DNA from: a virus
Taxonomy: Duplodnaviria; Heunggongvirae; Uroviricota; Caudoviricetes
Reading direction: 5' to 3' (one strand)
Length of the DNA: 64,000 bases
IMG/VR virus record: IMGVR_UViG_3300047666_001531
In this document: positions 9,666 through 19,513 of the stretch, in pieces
How positions within the stretch are numbered: position 1 is the stretch's first letter
Layout: each line of letters opens with the position of its first letter
The notes under the pieces: generated by a model
Seen by the model: the letters and a program-made list of their open reading frames with translations, nothing else
What the model was told of the DNA's origin: nothing
The model's database searches: none
Position numbers and translations under genes: made by a program

Positions 9666-10004
9666 TTACCCGAGCCACCAGCGACCTTTATCTTCGATTT
9701 CGAGTTTATTCATCATGATTGTTTCTATGCTAAGTGATCTGCCAATGCCTTCAGGCTCTGGTGCACTCCAAGTATCAAGGAGTGGAGACTCTTTTGAATC
9801 AGTTAGAACTTCTGACAAGGACTCAATAGCTTCTATAGGACATCGGTAGTAACAAATACTCCCAAAGTCATCTACCTTATAAACGGGAACTAATGAGTCT
9901 TTCGCTTTTCGGCGCTCAAGTTCTTTGTTGGCTTGTTCAATAATCGTCTGTAGTTGACTGTAGCTGGCTTTTTCAATTTTATTATATTCTATTTTAAGTG
10001 GCAT
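9666..10004 (-). CDS. Hypothetical protein
   Basis: 112 aa ORF in the same orientation as its neighbours. Confidence 0.65.
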   Translation of the reverse strand: MPLKIEYNKIEKASYSQLQTIIEQANKELERRKAKDSLVPVYKVDDFGSICYYRCPIEAIESLSEVLTDSKESPLLDTWSAPEPEGIGRSLSIETIMMNKLEIEDKGRWWLG

Positions 10005-10134
10005 AAGCCATCAACTGCGTACATCTTTTGCATCTATGAAGTTTATAATATTACATTTGATAGTAAATGTCACGACATTTTTAATCAAAATGATAAAAGT
10101 TGAGTTGTTTTTGTTGGTGGTCGTCAGTTATTTA

Positions 10135-10162
10135 TTGACTTTGTGTTTCATTATGATAAAAT
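10135..10162 (+). promoter_or_regulatory. sigma70 promoter with operator
   Basis: TTGACT(10135)-N4-GTTTCATTATGATAA(10145-10159); -10 TAAAAT; second site TAATCAAAATGATAA at 10082. Confidence 0.75.
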
Positions 10163-10348
10163 TGTTTTATTGATGGACGGCATCGAAATTATGGTGACCG
10201 GACGCATAAAGTCTGTCGAGACTGCCTCACCCAGCGAAAGCAAGGTCAAAACGAACGGAAACAAAATTCAAATTATTATTCATGAACCATTGCTGCTCAT
10301 GTTTAAGAACGGGTGAACTTAATGCAACGAGCGTAACGGAGATTGAAA

Positions 10349-11281
10349 ATGTCATTATTTAAACTAATTGCCAACGAAACCGACCTTAATACAGAAAAAT
10401 CTAATATTTTACGTGTACTCGAAAAAGAGTTGAGTATCACTTTGAAAAGCCAGCGAAGACAAAATGAGGTTGTCGCTAAGCTTTTAGGTGCTAAAGACTG
10501 GAATACGCTTATAGGCGTGGTAAAAAATAACCAAGCTGAAAATAACGTTGCACCGGTTAAGGTTGGTGGTCTAATCACTCAATACTTGCGTAGACGCTTT
10601 AATATTGAGGCAGATTTCATAATCTCTGAGTTGTGTGAGGAAATGGATGAGTGCGTGATGGACTGTCATGGTACATCTCAAAAGGTTTCTGATGAAATCA
10701 ATAATCAAGGGCTTGATGTGCAGCTTGACAGTTTGATTAACTCAAATATTCCTGTGCTCACCTCGGATACTTTAAAGCACCTGTTAAGTGAAAGTGTATG
10801 GAATGTAATAAAAGAAGTGTCAGGCGTTACCCCTGAAGATATTGCTAGTTATATTGATGATCCTTGTTTTGATTATGGTCTTTGCACTACATGTGGCCAT
10901 GTGCGCCAGTCAGGTGGTTTTTGTCAGGATGTAAATTGTTCTAAGCACCTTGTGAATGATTACGGTGAAAAACGATTAACGGTAAAGATGGTTGCTCGGC
11001 CTGATCATAATACTTATGATGAATTTGAGTTTGATGCTGCGGACTATTTTTACAGTATTAGGCAAAGAAAGGATGGTATTGCCGCTAAAGTGATGTCTGA
11101 TTTATCCGGAAGTTATGTTGCTGCGAGTTCTGCAACGGACTTGATAATTTACGAGTTGGAGAGGGATGAATTAACTTTGTCGAAAGCTAAGGATTTCTTT
11201 TTAAGGGATCTTCATCAGGATGGTTTTAGTTGTAAGATCATAGAACGAGACAATATGGATGCCATCATGAAAGCCGGTTAA
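10349..11281 (+). CDS. Hypothetical protein with N-terminal 'glyoxalase superfamily' (Glyoxalase_8-like) segment
   Basis: ILRVLEKELSI...EVVAKLLGAKDWNTL resembles that family's signature; CxxC...C..C cluster; GGAG RBS before ATG 10349. Confidence 0.55.
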   Translation: MSLFKLIANETDLNTEKSNILRVLEKELSITLKSQRRQNEVVAKLLGAKDWNTLIGVVKNNQAENNVAPVKVGGLITQYLRRRFNIEADFIISELCEEMDECVMDCHGTSQKVSDEINNQGLDVQLDSLINSNIPVLTSDTLKHLLSESVWNVIKEVSGVTPEDIASYIDDPCFDYGLCTTCGHVRQSGGFCQDVNCSKHLVNDYGEKRLTVKMVARPDHNTYDEFEFDAADYFYSIRQRKDGIAAKVMSDLSGSYVAASSATDLIIYELERDELTLSKAKDFFLRDLHQDGFSCKIIERDNMDAIMKAG

Positions 11282-11441
11282 ATGTTGCTCGAAAAAGTTG
11301 GTAAACCTAAATATTCACTGCTATACTCCATAATTGAACAAAAAATGATCGATACATGGCCGCACCTAAACATGCGTTTATGCGTGACTGTTTTGTTTGA
11401 TTATGGATATTATTAGCAGTAACTTTAAAAGGAATTTAGGT

Positions 11442-12116
11442 ATGAAAAATATATTAATTGCGTTCTTTTTCGCCGTTTTTAGCACTGTGGCAAGTGCTGG
11501 GATCATAAGCGAATATACACTTGGCCAATCCCAATCACATGATGAAACTACACCTGGTTATTACTGGGGGTTATCAATATACTTTGATGACCAACAAGAC
11601 ATCATAGGCTGGAATGAGTTGTCAGTGTCCTTGTTCGACGTCAATGGTGAGACAGCATTTGGTGATCTGTATGCTTTCACTACTCCACAAAACACCCGTG
11701 CTTCTGACTTAAGCACATCAAATCCATTTGCAATCGGTACGGCTACTAGTGGCGCATGGCAATTTGGCGGCAACAATTTGTTTTCAACAAATCAGGTCTA
11801 TCACTTTTACTCTGATTATTTTTTCACACAACCTTTATTAGGTTTTGGTGGTGATGCCCAAAGCAATGAAGGTTTTTGGTATGCTGCTGATGCTGAAGAG
11901 TATGCAGGCGTGCCAGGGACAACCCCTGAGTCTAACGCTCAAGCTGAATACTTCCAACTTGAACCTAACTATTTTATAAACCATAGGGTTCAAGGTAGTG
12001 AGGTTCAGAGTTCTGTTGCTGTTCCAGAGCCATCGAGTGTTTTAATGCTCTCTTTAGCTTTACTAGGTTTAGGGCTGATCACCCGAAGAAAGAATGTTCA
12101 AATAGGTAAGTTTTAA
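11442..12116 (+). CDS. PEP-CTERM sorting-domain protein
   Basis: Signal peptide (ends ASA); C-terminal VPEPSSVLMLSLALLGLGLITRRK. Confidence 0.9.
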   Translation: MKNILIAFFFAVFSTVASAGIISEYTLGQSQSHDETTPGYYWGLSIYFDDQQDIIGWNELSVSLFDVNGETAFGDLYAFTTPQNTRASDLSTSNPFAIGTATSGAWQFGGNNLFSTNQVYHFYSDYFFTQPLLGFGGDAQSNEGFWYAADAEEYAGVPGTTPESNAQAEYFQLEPNYFINHRVQGSEVQSSVAVPEPSSVLMLSLALLGLGLITRRKNVQIGKF

Positions 12117-12123
12117 CGAGTAG

Positions 12124-12648
12124 CTAAAACTCAAATCCCATTTGATCATCTTTTGTAATAGGCTTAAGTTCAGGTGGTATTGATGCAGTTTTGTTTTTGA
12201 CAGCATCAATATCCTTGGGCTTAGTGTTATCCATATAACAGTACTGTATATTACCCGTCATTCGCACCAATTCATCAATCAACACCCAACCGCCAGTTCT
12301 TGCTCTGTATAAAGCAGGATCTCTCTCGATGATTTGTTCTATAGAGTCAATACGACTATTGATGTTTAATGCGATAGCCTTGGTTAAACCCTCAATGATT
12401 TTTGAATCCATATAATTATCTTGATTTAAAACATCTACATTATCACCGACAGTGATCTCAATAATGTCCTTTGATGCTCTAGTTATCTCAAAACGGCAAT
12501 CATCAACAAGGATGATATCGCCAGATTTAACATTTGCTAACGCCACAATAGCCAAGTTTTCCGGATTTCTTCTTTCTGATTTTTCAAAAATAAGTGATTC
12601 AGCCCCCAAAAGCCGGTTGTTATAGGGGAAAAAGTTCCTTTTATTCAT
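12124..12648 (-). CDS. Hypothetical protein
   Basis: 174 aa ORF, AAGGT RBS. Confidence 0.65.
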   Translation of the reverse strand: MNKRNFFPYNNRLLGAESLIFEKSERRNPENLAIVALANVKSGDIILVDDCRFEITRASKDIIEITVGDNVDVLNQDNYMDSKIIEGLTKAIALNINSRIDSIEQIIERDPALYRARTGGWVLIDELVRMTGNIQYCYMDNTKPKDIDAVKNKTASIPPELKPITKDDQMGFEF

Positions 12649-12828
12649 TAAAACTACCTTTTTTATTATGATAAACTTGTAACTTCCGCTTCAATTTGAT
12701 AATGTCGTTTTGTAAAAGTAGGAAAAATCCTATGTAAAGCGTTATTTTGTTGAACTTGAGTGTTATTAAGTACGAGCACAATAATAGCTGATTATGCTTT
12801 TAAATAAGTTGTTGAAGTGAGGTTTACC

Positions 12829-13137
12829 ATGAATAAACATATTGATATAGGGGTACGGTCTTTATATGCGTCCGTGTGCGTCATATTGTTTTGTCTTGGT
12901 TTTATGGCAAACACCCAGACTGCTGCCTTTATCACTGCTGAAAACTATACTGCACTGATCCAAACTACCAGTCTTATTTTTGTTGGTGTTTCTGGGCTTT
13001 ATTTGTTTAAGTATTTTCACTTTTACAGTCAGCATGTGCTGAGTTCTTGGTTGAAACCAGCGGGTGTCTTTTCTTTAGTTGTTTTTCTACCAACTTGGAC
13101 AGATGCTTTAGCAATTTTTACAGCCGCCCCTTTTTAG
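12829..13137 (+). CDS. Hypothetical membrane protein (3 TM)
   Basis: GAGG RBS before ATG 12829; three hydrophobic segments. Confidence 0.65.
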   Translation: MNKHIDIGVRSLYASVCVILFCLGFMANTQTAAFITAENYTALIQTTSLIFVGVSGLYLFKYFHFYSQHVLSSWLKPAGVFSLVVFLPTWTDALAIFTAAPF

Positions 13138-13164
13138 TTTAGCTGTAAATAATGCTAATTAATG

Positions 13165-14166
13165 TTAGGCGGGAGAGCTAATCGCTTCCTGTTTTTTCTC
13201 TCGATATTGCAATGGCACTGTCGGTGTTGATAGTACATGCACCATATCGTCTGCCTGAATAATTCCGCTTAACTCTCCATCTTCATCTATTACGACTGTG
13301 ATGTGATCAGGGTTTTTATCCAGTTTATCGAAAACACTCATTAGTTCGTCGCTATCTTTCATTGCGGTCATTGGGTGCATGACAGAAATTACCGTATCAT
13401 CTAAGTTTTGTTCCAAAAACGCTTTTACGATTTTTCTGTATTGAAGGATACCAATAGGGTAGAGCTTGTCGTCGTGTTTTTTGACGACTACATAACGTTT
13501 GTGTTTACCATCTTTTACAATATGCTCAAGATCACCTACTCGCAATTCGCTATCAACATATTCAATGTCAACTACATCTGTCATGGCGTCACAAACCTTT
13601 AGTGATGTGATGTTGATGATGTTATCCATAAGTGCGGTTTGTCTTTGGCTGATAAGCGATTTACTTTCTGCCATGGCAATAACACTGCGTAATTCTGCGT
13701 GTGTCATTTTATTTCTACTGGCTTTCGGAATAAAAGGGCTGACCGGCATGTATATAACCGCTACAAAAGGTTTTAATAAGTAGTACATTGCAATAATGAT
13801 ACGCCCGAAGTTTTTAAGGACAGTGTCTGGGTGATATGTTGCATATTGTTTTGGGATTAATGTAGCGATGTATAATAAGGCTAACGTTAATGAAACAATG
13901 AATATAAAGTAATACGTAGATTGGCCGAACAGACTTACTGCCATAGCGCCAGAGATAGCCGCGCCACCAACATCAACGATATTGTTAGCAATGATGATAG
14001 TAGAAGAAACTGCCTGCCTTTTACTTTTAAGTTTTTTAAGGTGAGGTTGTTTCTGGATAAGCATATCAAGCTTGGTGCTACTACATGTTAGTAGACTGAT
14101 TTCAAATAGGCTCATGATCATAGATACTGAGATAAGCCCAATTGAAAATATAATTAAGTCGGTCAT
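13165..14166 (-). CDS. CNNM (DUF21) plus CBS-pair protein, CorC/hemolysin-like metal transporter
   Basis: SMIMSLFEISLL, IIIANNIVD, LIPKQYA TM motifs followed by two CBS domains. Confidence 0.85.
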   Translation of the reverse strand: MTDLIIFSIGLISVSMIMSLFEISLLTCSSTKLDMLIQKQPHLKKLKSKRQAVSSTIIIANNIVDVGGAAISGAMAVSLFGQSTYYFIFIVSLTLALLYIATLIPKQYATYHPDTVLKNFGRIIIAMYYLLKPFVAVIYMPVSPFIPKASRNKMTHAELRSVIAMAESKSLISQRQTALMDNIINITSLKVCDAMTDVVDIEYVDSELRVGDLEHIVKDGKHKRYVVVKKHDDKLYPIGILQYRKIVKAFLEQNLDDTVISVMHPMTAMKDSDELMSVFDKLDKNPDHITVVIDEDGELSGIIQADDMVHVLSTPTVPLQYREKKQEAISSPA

Positions 14167-14203
14167 TCATAAATCCTTTAATAATTAATAGCGTCGTCCA
14201 ACG

Positions 14204-14497
14204 CTACTTTAGATTAAGTTGTTTTTTGATTAAGTTGGTTTTTCCGTTAATCGAGTTCGTGATGCCATCGCCGGCGATTTCAGGCATTAATGCTTTGCGG
14301 ATATTAACGTAAGTCTTACCAGAAGATAAACAAGCGACAAGCATTTCGATGTTATCAAAATCGTCTGTGACTTTATTTAGCTCTCGGTTCATTTCGTTTA
14401 ACAGTTTAGTGCCTTGCAGTTGAAGTTTTCCACGGATACGGTTTCTTTCTTGGTTCACTGCTTTTGATGCTGCCATTTTATCATGTGGGTGTTGCAT
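14204..14497 (-). CDS. Hypothetical protein
   Basis: 97 aa ORF, AAGGA RBS. Confidence 0.65.
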   Translation of the reverse strand: MQHPHDKMAASKAVNQERNRIRGKLQLQGTKLLNEMNRELNKVTDDFDNIEMLVACLSSGKTYVNIRKALMPEIAGDGITNSINGKTNLIKKQLNLK

Positions 14498-14630
14498 AAC
14501 TGTTCCTTTTTATTAACTGTAATAAGTATACTAAACAATCAAGCGCAAGTCAACATAAATGATTAACAAAATTATCATAATGAAATATTCTGAAATGTGT
14601 ATATTGTGCTAAGATCTGCGGTATACATGG

Positions 14631-15545
14631 ATGATGATTGGAATGGAAATGAATATAAAGTGGGCGATACTTGGGGCTATTTTAGTGCCTGCTGTTTTAT
14701 TTAATGTTGTTTTTGTTGATGTGTCTGATAGAGCGTCTGAACAACTGTCGAGTTCATTTAAGAGCGAGTGGGATATTAGTTTTAAATCGGCAACGCTCAA
14801 TAGGATAACAAGTACAGTTACATTGAAAGAAGTTGTGTTCCCTGCGAATGCGATTACGGCGGAAATGATATCGTACACGCACCTAGACGACGAAAGCGAT
14901 GTTCTCCCTGATAATGTAAGCTTATCTATCCATAATGCTAAAGGTTTACTTAATCTTGTTAAGAAGCACTATTCTGGTCTAAGTTTAGAGCCGCTTTATA
15001 GTGCCGCTAAAGCAAGTGGTTTAGTTATTGATGATGTAGGTATGGATCTTACTATTAAGATCAGTAAGTCGGATAGTGATGTTGGCGTTTCAATTTTTGT
15101 AGGTGCAGAGCATGTGCAAAATATAACAGCGAGTTTTAAAATAGACTCATTGTTCCCTGTACTTAATGGTGGTTATGGTAGGTATATGAGGGGCAGGCTG
15201 TATGGTGGTAATGAACCGGTTGGTTTTGTTGACGGGGTAGGTTCAGTTATAAATACTGTACTTGATGCTAAGGGCTTAAATATCAAGCTTACTGAGTTAG
15301 AGATGACTCATAGGGTGGTAAATGAGGATGTGTCTTACGAGATGTTTGTAATGCTCCCTAAGGGTTCACATGTAGATGAGTTGGTTAATGTTGTTTACGG
15401 CCACCGTAACTACTTTGATGCTAATGGTGGTATGTCTTTTGATTTAAAAGAAGAAGTTGATCTTGCTGAATGGCTTTCTCAACCGGTAAAGCAATGCGTG
15501 CCTTGGCTGATAGAAAAGGGTGCTAGAATAAATAAAAAAGATTGA
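14631..15545 (+). CDS. Hypothetical protein with N-terminal membrane anchor
   Basis: 304 aa; hydrophobic N-terminus; start uncertain among several Met codons. Confidence 0.7.
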   Translation: MMIGMEMNIKWAILGAILVPAVLFNVVFVDVSDRASEQLSSSFKSEWDISFKSATLNRITSTVTLKEVVFPANAITAEMISYTHLDDESDVLPDNVSLSIHNAKGLLNLVKKHYSGLSLEPLYSAAKASGLVIDDVGMDLTIKISKSDSDVGVSIFVGAEHVQNITASFKIDSLFPVLNGGYGRYMRGRLYGGNEPVGFVDGVGSVINTVLDAKGLNIKLTELEMTHRVVNEDVSYEMFVMLPKGSHVDELVNVVYGHRNYFDANGGMSFDLKEEVDLAEWLSQPVKQCVPWLIEKGARINKKD

Positions 15546-15596
15546 CAAAACACGTCATTGTGATAATATGTGAAGCATCAATCAAGAGGAAAGCAC

Positions 15597-17534
15597 ATGT
15601 CACTTTATACACACTTACAAGAAATATTAAAAAATGAATTCGGCGAATTACCCACTAAGGGTGTTTTAGCAGGCCAGGCGGTAGCGGAGGCTTATTTTAT
15701 TGCTGCCGGTGTTGATGTTAAGTCTCGTATGAAAGATTTGGATTGGTTTGTTGAGCGAGAAGATGAATTTGTTGAAACTCCGCGTTTTATGTCGGCAACA
15801 TCAATAACACCAGTAGTAGAGCTTTTTTGTCCAAGTCACGACGTTGATTTGAGAGTAGGTCAATTCGTTAAATATGGTTTGTACACCATTGTTACTTCTG
15901 ATGTGATTAACGGCGGTAGAATAAATCGTATTGTTGTTCAAGATCCCGCACGATGCAAAAAAATAACACCCATGGTTATATTGGATGGTTTTGATATAAA
16001 CTGTGCTGCCTGCGCTTTAGATTTAGATAATAAAACTGTGGTTCTGCACCCTAAGTTTATTGAGTTTTGCGAAACCAAAAAGTTGGATTTGATAAGTATT
16101 CATACGCCTTTAAGTTCTTTAATACGTATTATTGAGAAAAATTCATATATTGATGGTACGTCGGTAGATGTTCCAGAGCTAACTCGTATAGTGAGCAGCT
16201 GCATTTGGGCGCGTTACAGCGATTCTTACATGTCTTTTGAAGAAAGTACGATAGCAGCACCTAATGACTATAAAAGGGGCACTGGGATAACAACAGAGCG
16301 CTTTGACAAGCTAAGTGATGATGTTAAGTTTGTGCTTTTGGAAAATTTTGTTAAACATACGATTGTTCTGTCGGATGGTGGTGAGATATTCACATTTATT
16401 CCCAAGCAAGAGCCAAAGAGAATTAACACTCTTATTAGCGCCAAGCACATTGATGTTTCAGTTATTAGTTATTCGTTGGACTTTATGCGCAGCATAGCAT
16501 CTTTGAGTGACGTTGATTTTTTCAATACCGTTATATACCCACTAAATTCGCTATCGAGAATAGTAAATTTACCATGTAGTTTTGAAAGAATAGAAACATG
16601 CCTGACAGGGTTGGTGTTAAAAGTTGTTTTTGTTGATGGTGTGATGAAAATAAAAGATGCCCTTGCTGATTTACGTATTGAGGATACAATCTCTTTATTA
16701 GGGTATGGCAGTGAACTAAGTAAATCTAAAAAAGAGTTTTTTGCCGATGTTATTGAGAGCCTATATATGATTTACTTTTACGGCACTCAAACAACTGGTT
16801 TTAAAAGTAACGAGTGTTCCTTAGCTGCAATAAATGCGCTTTTAACTGATGTTACCACTTGGAGTGATGATACTGATTTTGAATACTACGGTAAGCTTTC
16901 ATTAAGAGTGAAGTTTGATTTAATAAACAAGATAACAAGCAGCCTTGATGGTCACCTTTCTGTTGGTTCTTTGTTGAGTGGCTTTATGAATGATGAAATA
17001 AGTCAAATAGAGGGTTTCAGTGATGTTGATTTTGGGTTTGATGAAAAAATCCAAAAGCTAACCGACACACAATATACAGTTTGGTTTCCTAAGACTTTAA
17101 AGGAAGTGATGAACGCGCCGTCTTACGACAACTTTAAACACTTTAATTATGCGACCTCGATCTTTATGGCTATTGATATTGACTATAAAGGCGAGCCTCT
17201 TCATATGATTTGTGAGGTTGTGTGGAATGAATTTTACGCCCGATATGATGTTATTTACCTATTTCAATATGATAACAATGAAAGGTACAGTGAGTTGAAC
17301 AGTGTTTTTAACGGTATTGCATTGCATGCAAAAGCAGAAATTAACCAAGAGATAAAATACAGCTGGAAAAGAATAAAAGCGCTTAAAAGGCAAGTGGTAG
17401 ATCAAATTGTCACGAGTTGGAAAGGGTTGGTTGAAATTATAAACGGGAAGAACAATCGCATAATGGAGTTAAATAATGCCATGGTGACTGTTCGTGAAGC
17501 GGCTAATGATAAAAGCGGAGATATTCCATTTTGA
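15597..17534 (+). CDS. Large hypothetical protein with Pol-beta-type nucleotidyltransferase-like N-terminus
   Basis: GVLAGQAVA...DLDWF...GFDINC pattern resembles NTase/poly(A) polymerase head motifs; promoter TTGACA 15542 and GAGGA RBS. Confidence 0.5.
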   Translation: MSLYTHLQEILKNEFGELPTKGVLAGQAVAEAYFIAAGVDVKSRMKDLDWFVEREDEFVETPRFMSATSITPVVELFCPSHDVDLRVGQFVKYGLYTIVTSDVINGGRINRIVVQDPARCKKITPMVILDGFDINCAACALDLDNKTVVLHPKFIEFCETKKLDLISIHTPLSSLIRIIEKNSYIDGTSVDVPELTRIVSSCIWARYSDSYMSFEESTIAAPNDYKRGTGITTERFDKLSDDVKFVLLENFVKHTIVLSDGGEIFTFIPKQEPKRINTLISAKHIDVSVISYSLDFMRSIASLSDVDFFNTVIYPLNSLSRIVNLPCSFERIETCLTGLVLKVVFVDGVMKIKDALADLRIEDTISLLGYGSELSKSKKEFFADVIESLYMIYFYGTQTTGFKSNECSLAAINALLTDVTTWSDDTDFEYYGKLSLRVKFDLINKITSSLDGHLSVGSLLSGFMNDEISQIEGFSDVDFGFDEKIQKLTDTQYTVWFPKTLKEVMNAPSYDNFKHFNYATSIFMAIDIDYKGEPLHMICEVVWNEFYARYDVIYLFQYDNNERYSELNSVFNGIALHAKAEINQEIKYSWKRIKALKRQVVDQIVTSWKGLVEIINGKNNRIMELNNAMVTVREAANDKSGDIPF

Positions 17535-17721
17535 TAATCATATAAAAATCAGTGTTGCTAGTGCAAAGCTTGTTGTAAAACTTTATTTACAGCAAGTTTT
17601 GTACATTAATCATTTTTATTTTAAAAAAAGAAGTTTCTTGTTGGTTTAAATATTTTTTCCACTACTATTCGCGCATCAACAATATGATTAATTATTAACC
17701 AACACAAAGTAGAGGAAAAAA

Positions 17722-18087
17722 ATGAAAATTTTATCAGCAGTGACAATGGGTGTCCTGCTATCAGGTTTGGCAGGGAATGTAAGTGCGAGTTTGGGTAACA
17801 CTGAATTTGAAATGGCGATTAATGAGCAAATGGGTGCTCCGCTTCTTCAAAAAGTAGCTAACCATATTTACAAAAGCAAAAAGTATTCTGATGGAACGGG
17901 TATGTCCTCGATTTATTGGACGGGTAAAAAAGTGTTTCAAAAAGGTGATGTTTGTTTGGTGGTAGAGCAAAACTTTAGTCACTTTGAAAGCGCTGAAAGT
18001 GAAGATGGCAATGTGGTTGAGAAAGAGCCTGTTGTTAATCAAATAACAAGTGTAAAAGATTGTCGCAATATTAGTGCGTTGATCTAA
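17722..18087 (+). CDS. Secreted hypothetical protein
   Basis: 121 aa, signal peptide ending VSA, GAGGA RBS. Confidence 0.75.
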   Translation: MKILSAVTMGVLLSGLAGNVSASLGNTEFEMAINEQMGAPLLQKVANHIYKSKKYSDGTGMSSIYWTGKKVFQKGDVCLVVEQNFSHFESAESEDGNVVEKEPVVNQITSVKDCRNISALI

Positions 18088-18110
18088 AGTATTACTTAAA
18101 AATTCAAACA

Positions 18111-18139
18111 AAAAAGGCTGAAGTGATTCAGCCTTTTTT
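18111..18139. terminator. Bidirectional intrinsic terminator
   Basis: AAAAAGGCTGAA-GTGA-TTCAGCCTTTTTT. Confidence 0.9.
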
Positions 18140-18155
18140 GTGTCCGCTATAAAGG

Positions 18156-19073
18156 CTATGCCGTTTTTGCAAGCTCTGTCACCACAAGTTTCTTTTTGTG
18201 AACTTTGATAGGGTCTAGAATAGTGTTTAATGAAATCACCCGTAAATTAGATATAGCTTTATACTCTTGACTTAGCGCCTGGGTAGCAAAGCCTGACTTT
18301 AACGCTAGAAATGTTTTTGTTAGGTTCATTGCAGCCGCCGGCATATCTTTTTCAGCTAATGATGTCTTCGTGTGCAACAGTTCAAGAATGGTTTGGTAAA
18401 TAGTGTTTTTAAGTACAAGAAAAAGCGAGCCTGAGTCTTGTGTCTTACTTAGGATTTGATTTATTTCTTTTTGGTATTGCGTGACGTTGTTTTCGTTTAA
18501 TGAACGTATAGCAATAGGTCGAATAACATCTTCGAATAATTGAGAGTAATCAATAAAATCAAACGAACCAGTTAACCCGTCAATAAAGCAAAGAGCTTCC
18601 TGTAATTCAGCTTTGGTCAATGAGAACCCTAAGCCGGCTTTGTTGAGCATGATCTGAGCAAAAGACTCTGGTTTGTCTGTTACTGCTGAGTAACCATCGA
18701 TTTGTGTTTCAAGACGGACAAGGCAATCAATACGAAATGAATCAACAGTTAGTTGTACATCATTACTTTCAGTAAGTCGCATCATAAAGATCCCTAACGA
18801 ACGATCAGTTTGATATTTTTCTAGCCAATCTTCATCAGAGCTGGCGGTAACATACCCTAGGTTAAACGCATCTAATGAGCGGCTAATGGTATGAAAAAGA
18901 CTCTCTGCATGATCTAAGTTGTCGTGTAGTGCGTATACAACTGTGTGATCAATTTTGCAAATGTCGTTACCAGCAATATTATCAATGTGAATTTTAAGTG
19001 CGTTTGCTTGTGCTGTGGTGCGTAAAAAGAAAACGGAAATAGGCTGTATGCTTTTGTGTGTGTTCATCTTCAA
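18156..19073 (-). CDS. Hypothetical protein
   Basis: 305 aa ORF, AAGGA RBS. Confidence 0.7.
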   Translation of the reverse strand: MKMNTHKSIQPISVFFLRTTAQANALKIHIDNIAGNDICKIDHTVVYALHDNLDHAESLFHTISRSLDAFNLGYVTASSDEDWLEKYQTDRSLGIFMMRLTESNDVQLTVDSFRIDCLVRLETQIDGYSAVTDKPESFAQIMLNKAGLGFSLTKAELQEALCFIDGLTGSFDFIDYSQLFEDVIRPIAIRSLNENNVTQYQKEINQILSKTQDSGSLFLVLKNTIYQTILELLHTKTSLAEKDMPAAAMNLTKTFLALKSGFATQALSQEYKAISNLRVISLNTILDPIKVHKKKLVVTELAKTA

Positions 19074-19296
19074 TCCTTTATCAAATTTGCACCTCGTGTG
19101 CGAAAAGGATCATAAGGTTTTAGGTTATTTTTGTCAATGTCGGATTTTATACACTTTTATCCAAACCTCTGACCGTCAATATTTTGGCGCATTATGTTAA
19201 AATGTGTTAACTAGTCATCTTAAATCATCAACTTAAGATTGCTTAAAAAAAGGCATATTTTCAGGCTAGAAAGTAATTTATTATACGAGGTTGGAC

Positions 19297-19479
19297 ATGA
19301 ACAAGAAAAAAGCAACAATCGGCGCAATTGCAGCCGCCATGATGTTAACTGGTGCAAGCGCTTCAGCAGCCCCAGCACAAGATTTAGAATTAAAGCCTAC
19401 ACAATCTGCGGAAGCGGTTTTGTTTGAAGAAAAACCACCTGTAACCGGTTGGTGGTGGCCAGAACGAGATCCTAAGTAG
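19297..19479 (+). CDS. Small secreted peptide precursor ending ...VTGWWWPERDPK
   Basis: GAGG RBS, ATG 19297, classical signal peptide MNKKKATIGAIAAAMMLTGASASA. Confidence 0.7.
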   Translation: MNKKKATIGAIAAAMMLTGASASAAPAQDLELKPTQSAEAVLFEEKPPVTGWWWPERDPK

Positions 19480-19513
19480 TTGATTTAGGTTTTGGAGACG
19501 ATTGTAGGGTGAA

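Noticed and set aside
17565-17600. Second operator motif TTGYTGTAAA/TTTACAGCAA (also near 34441)
   Set aside because: Only two or three loose matches; the 17565 copy is adequately explained as a terminator-like hairpin
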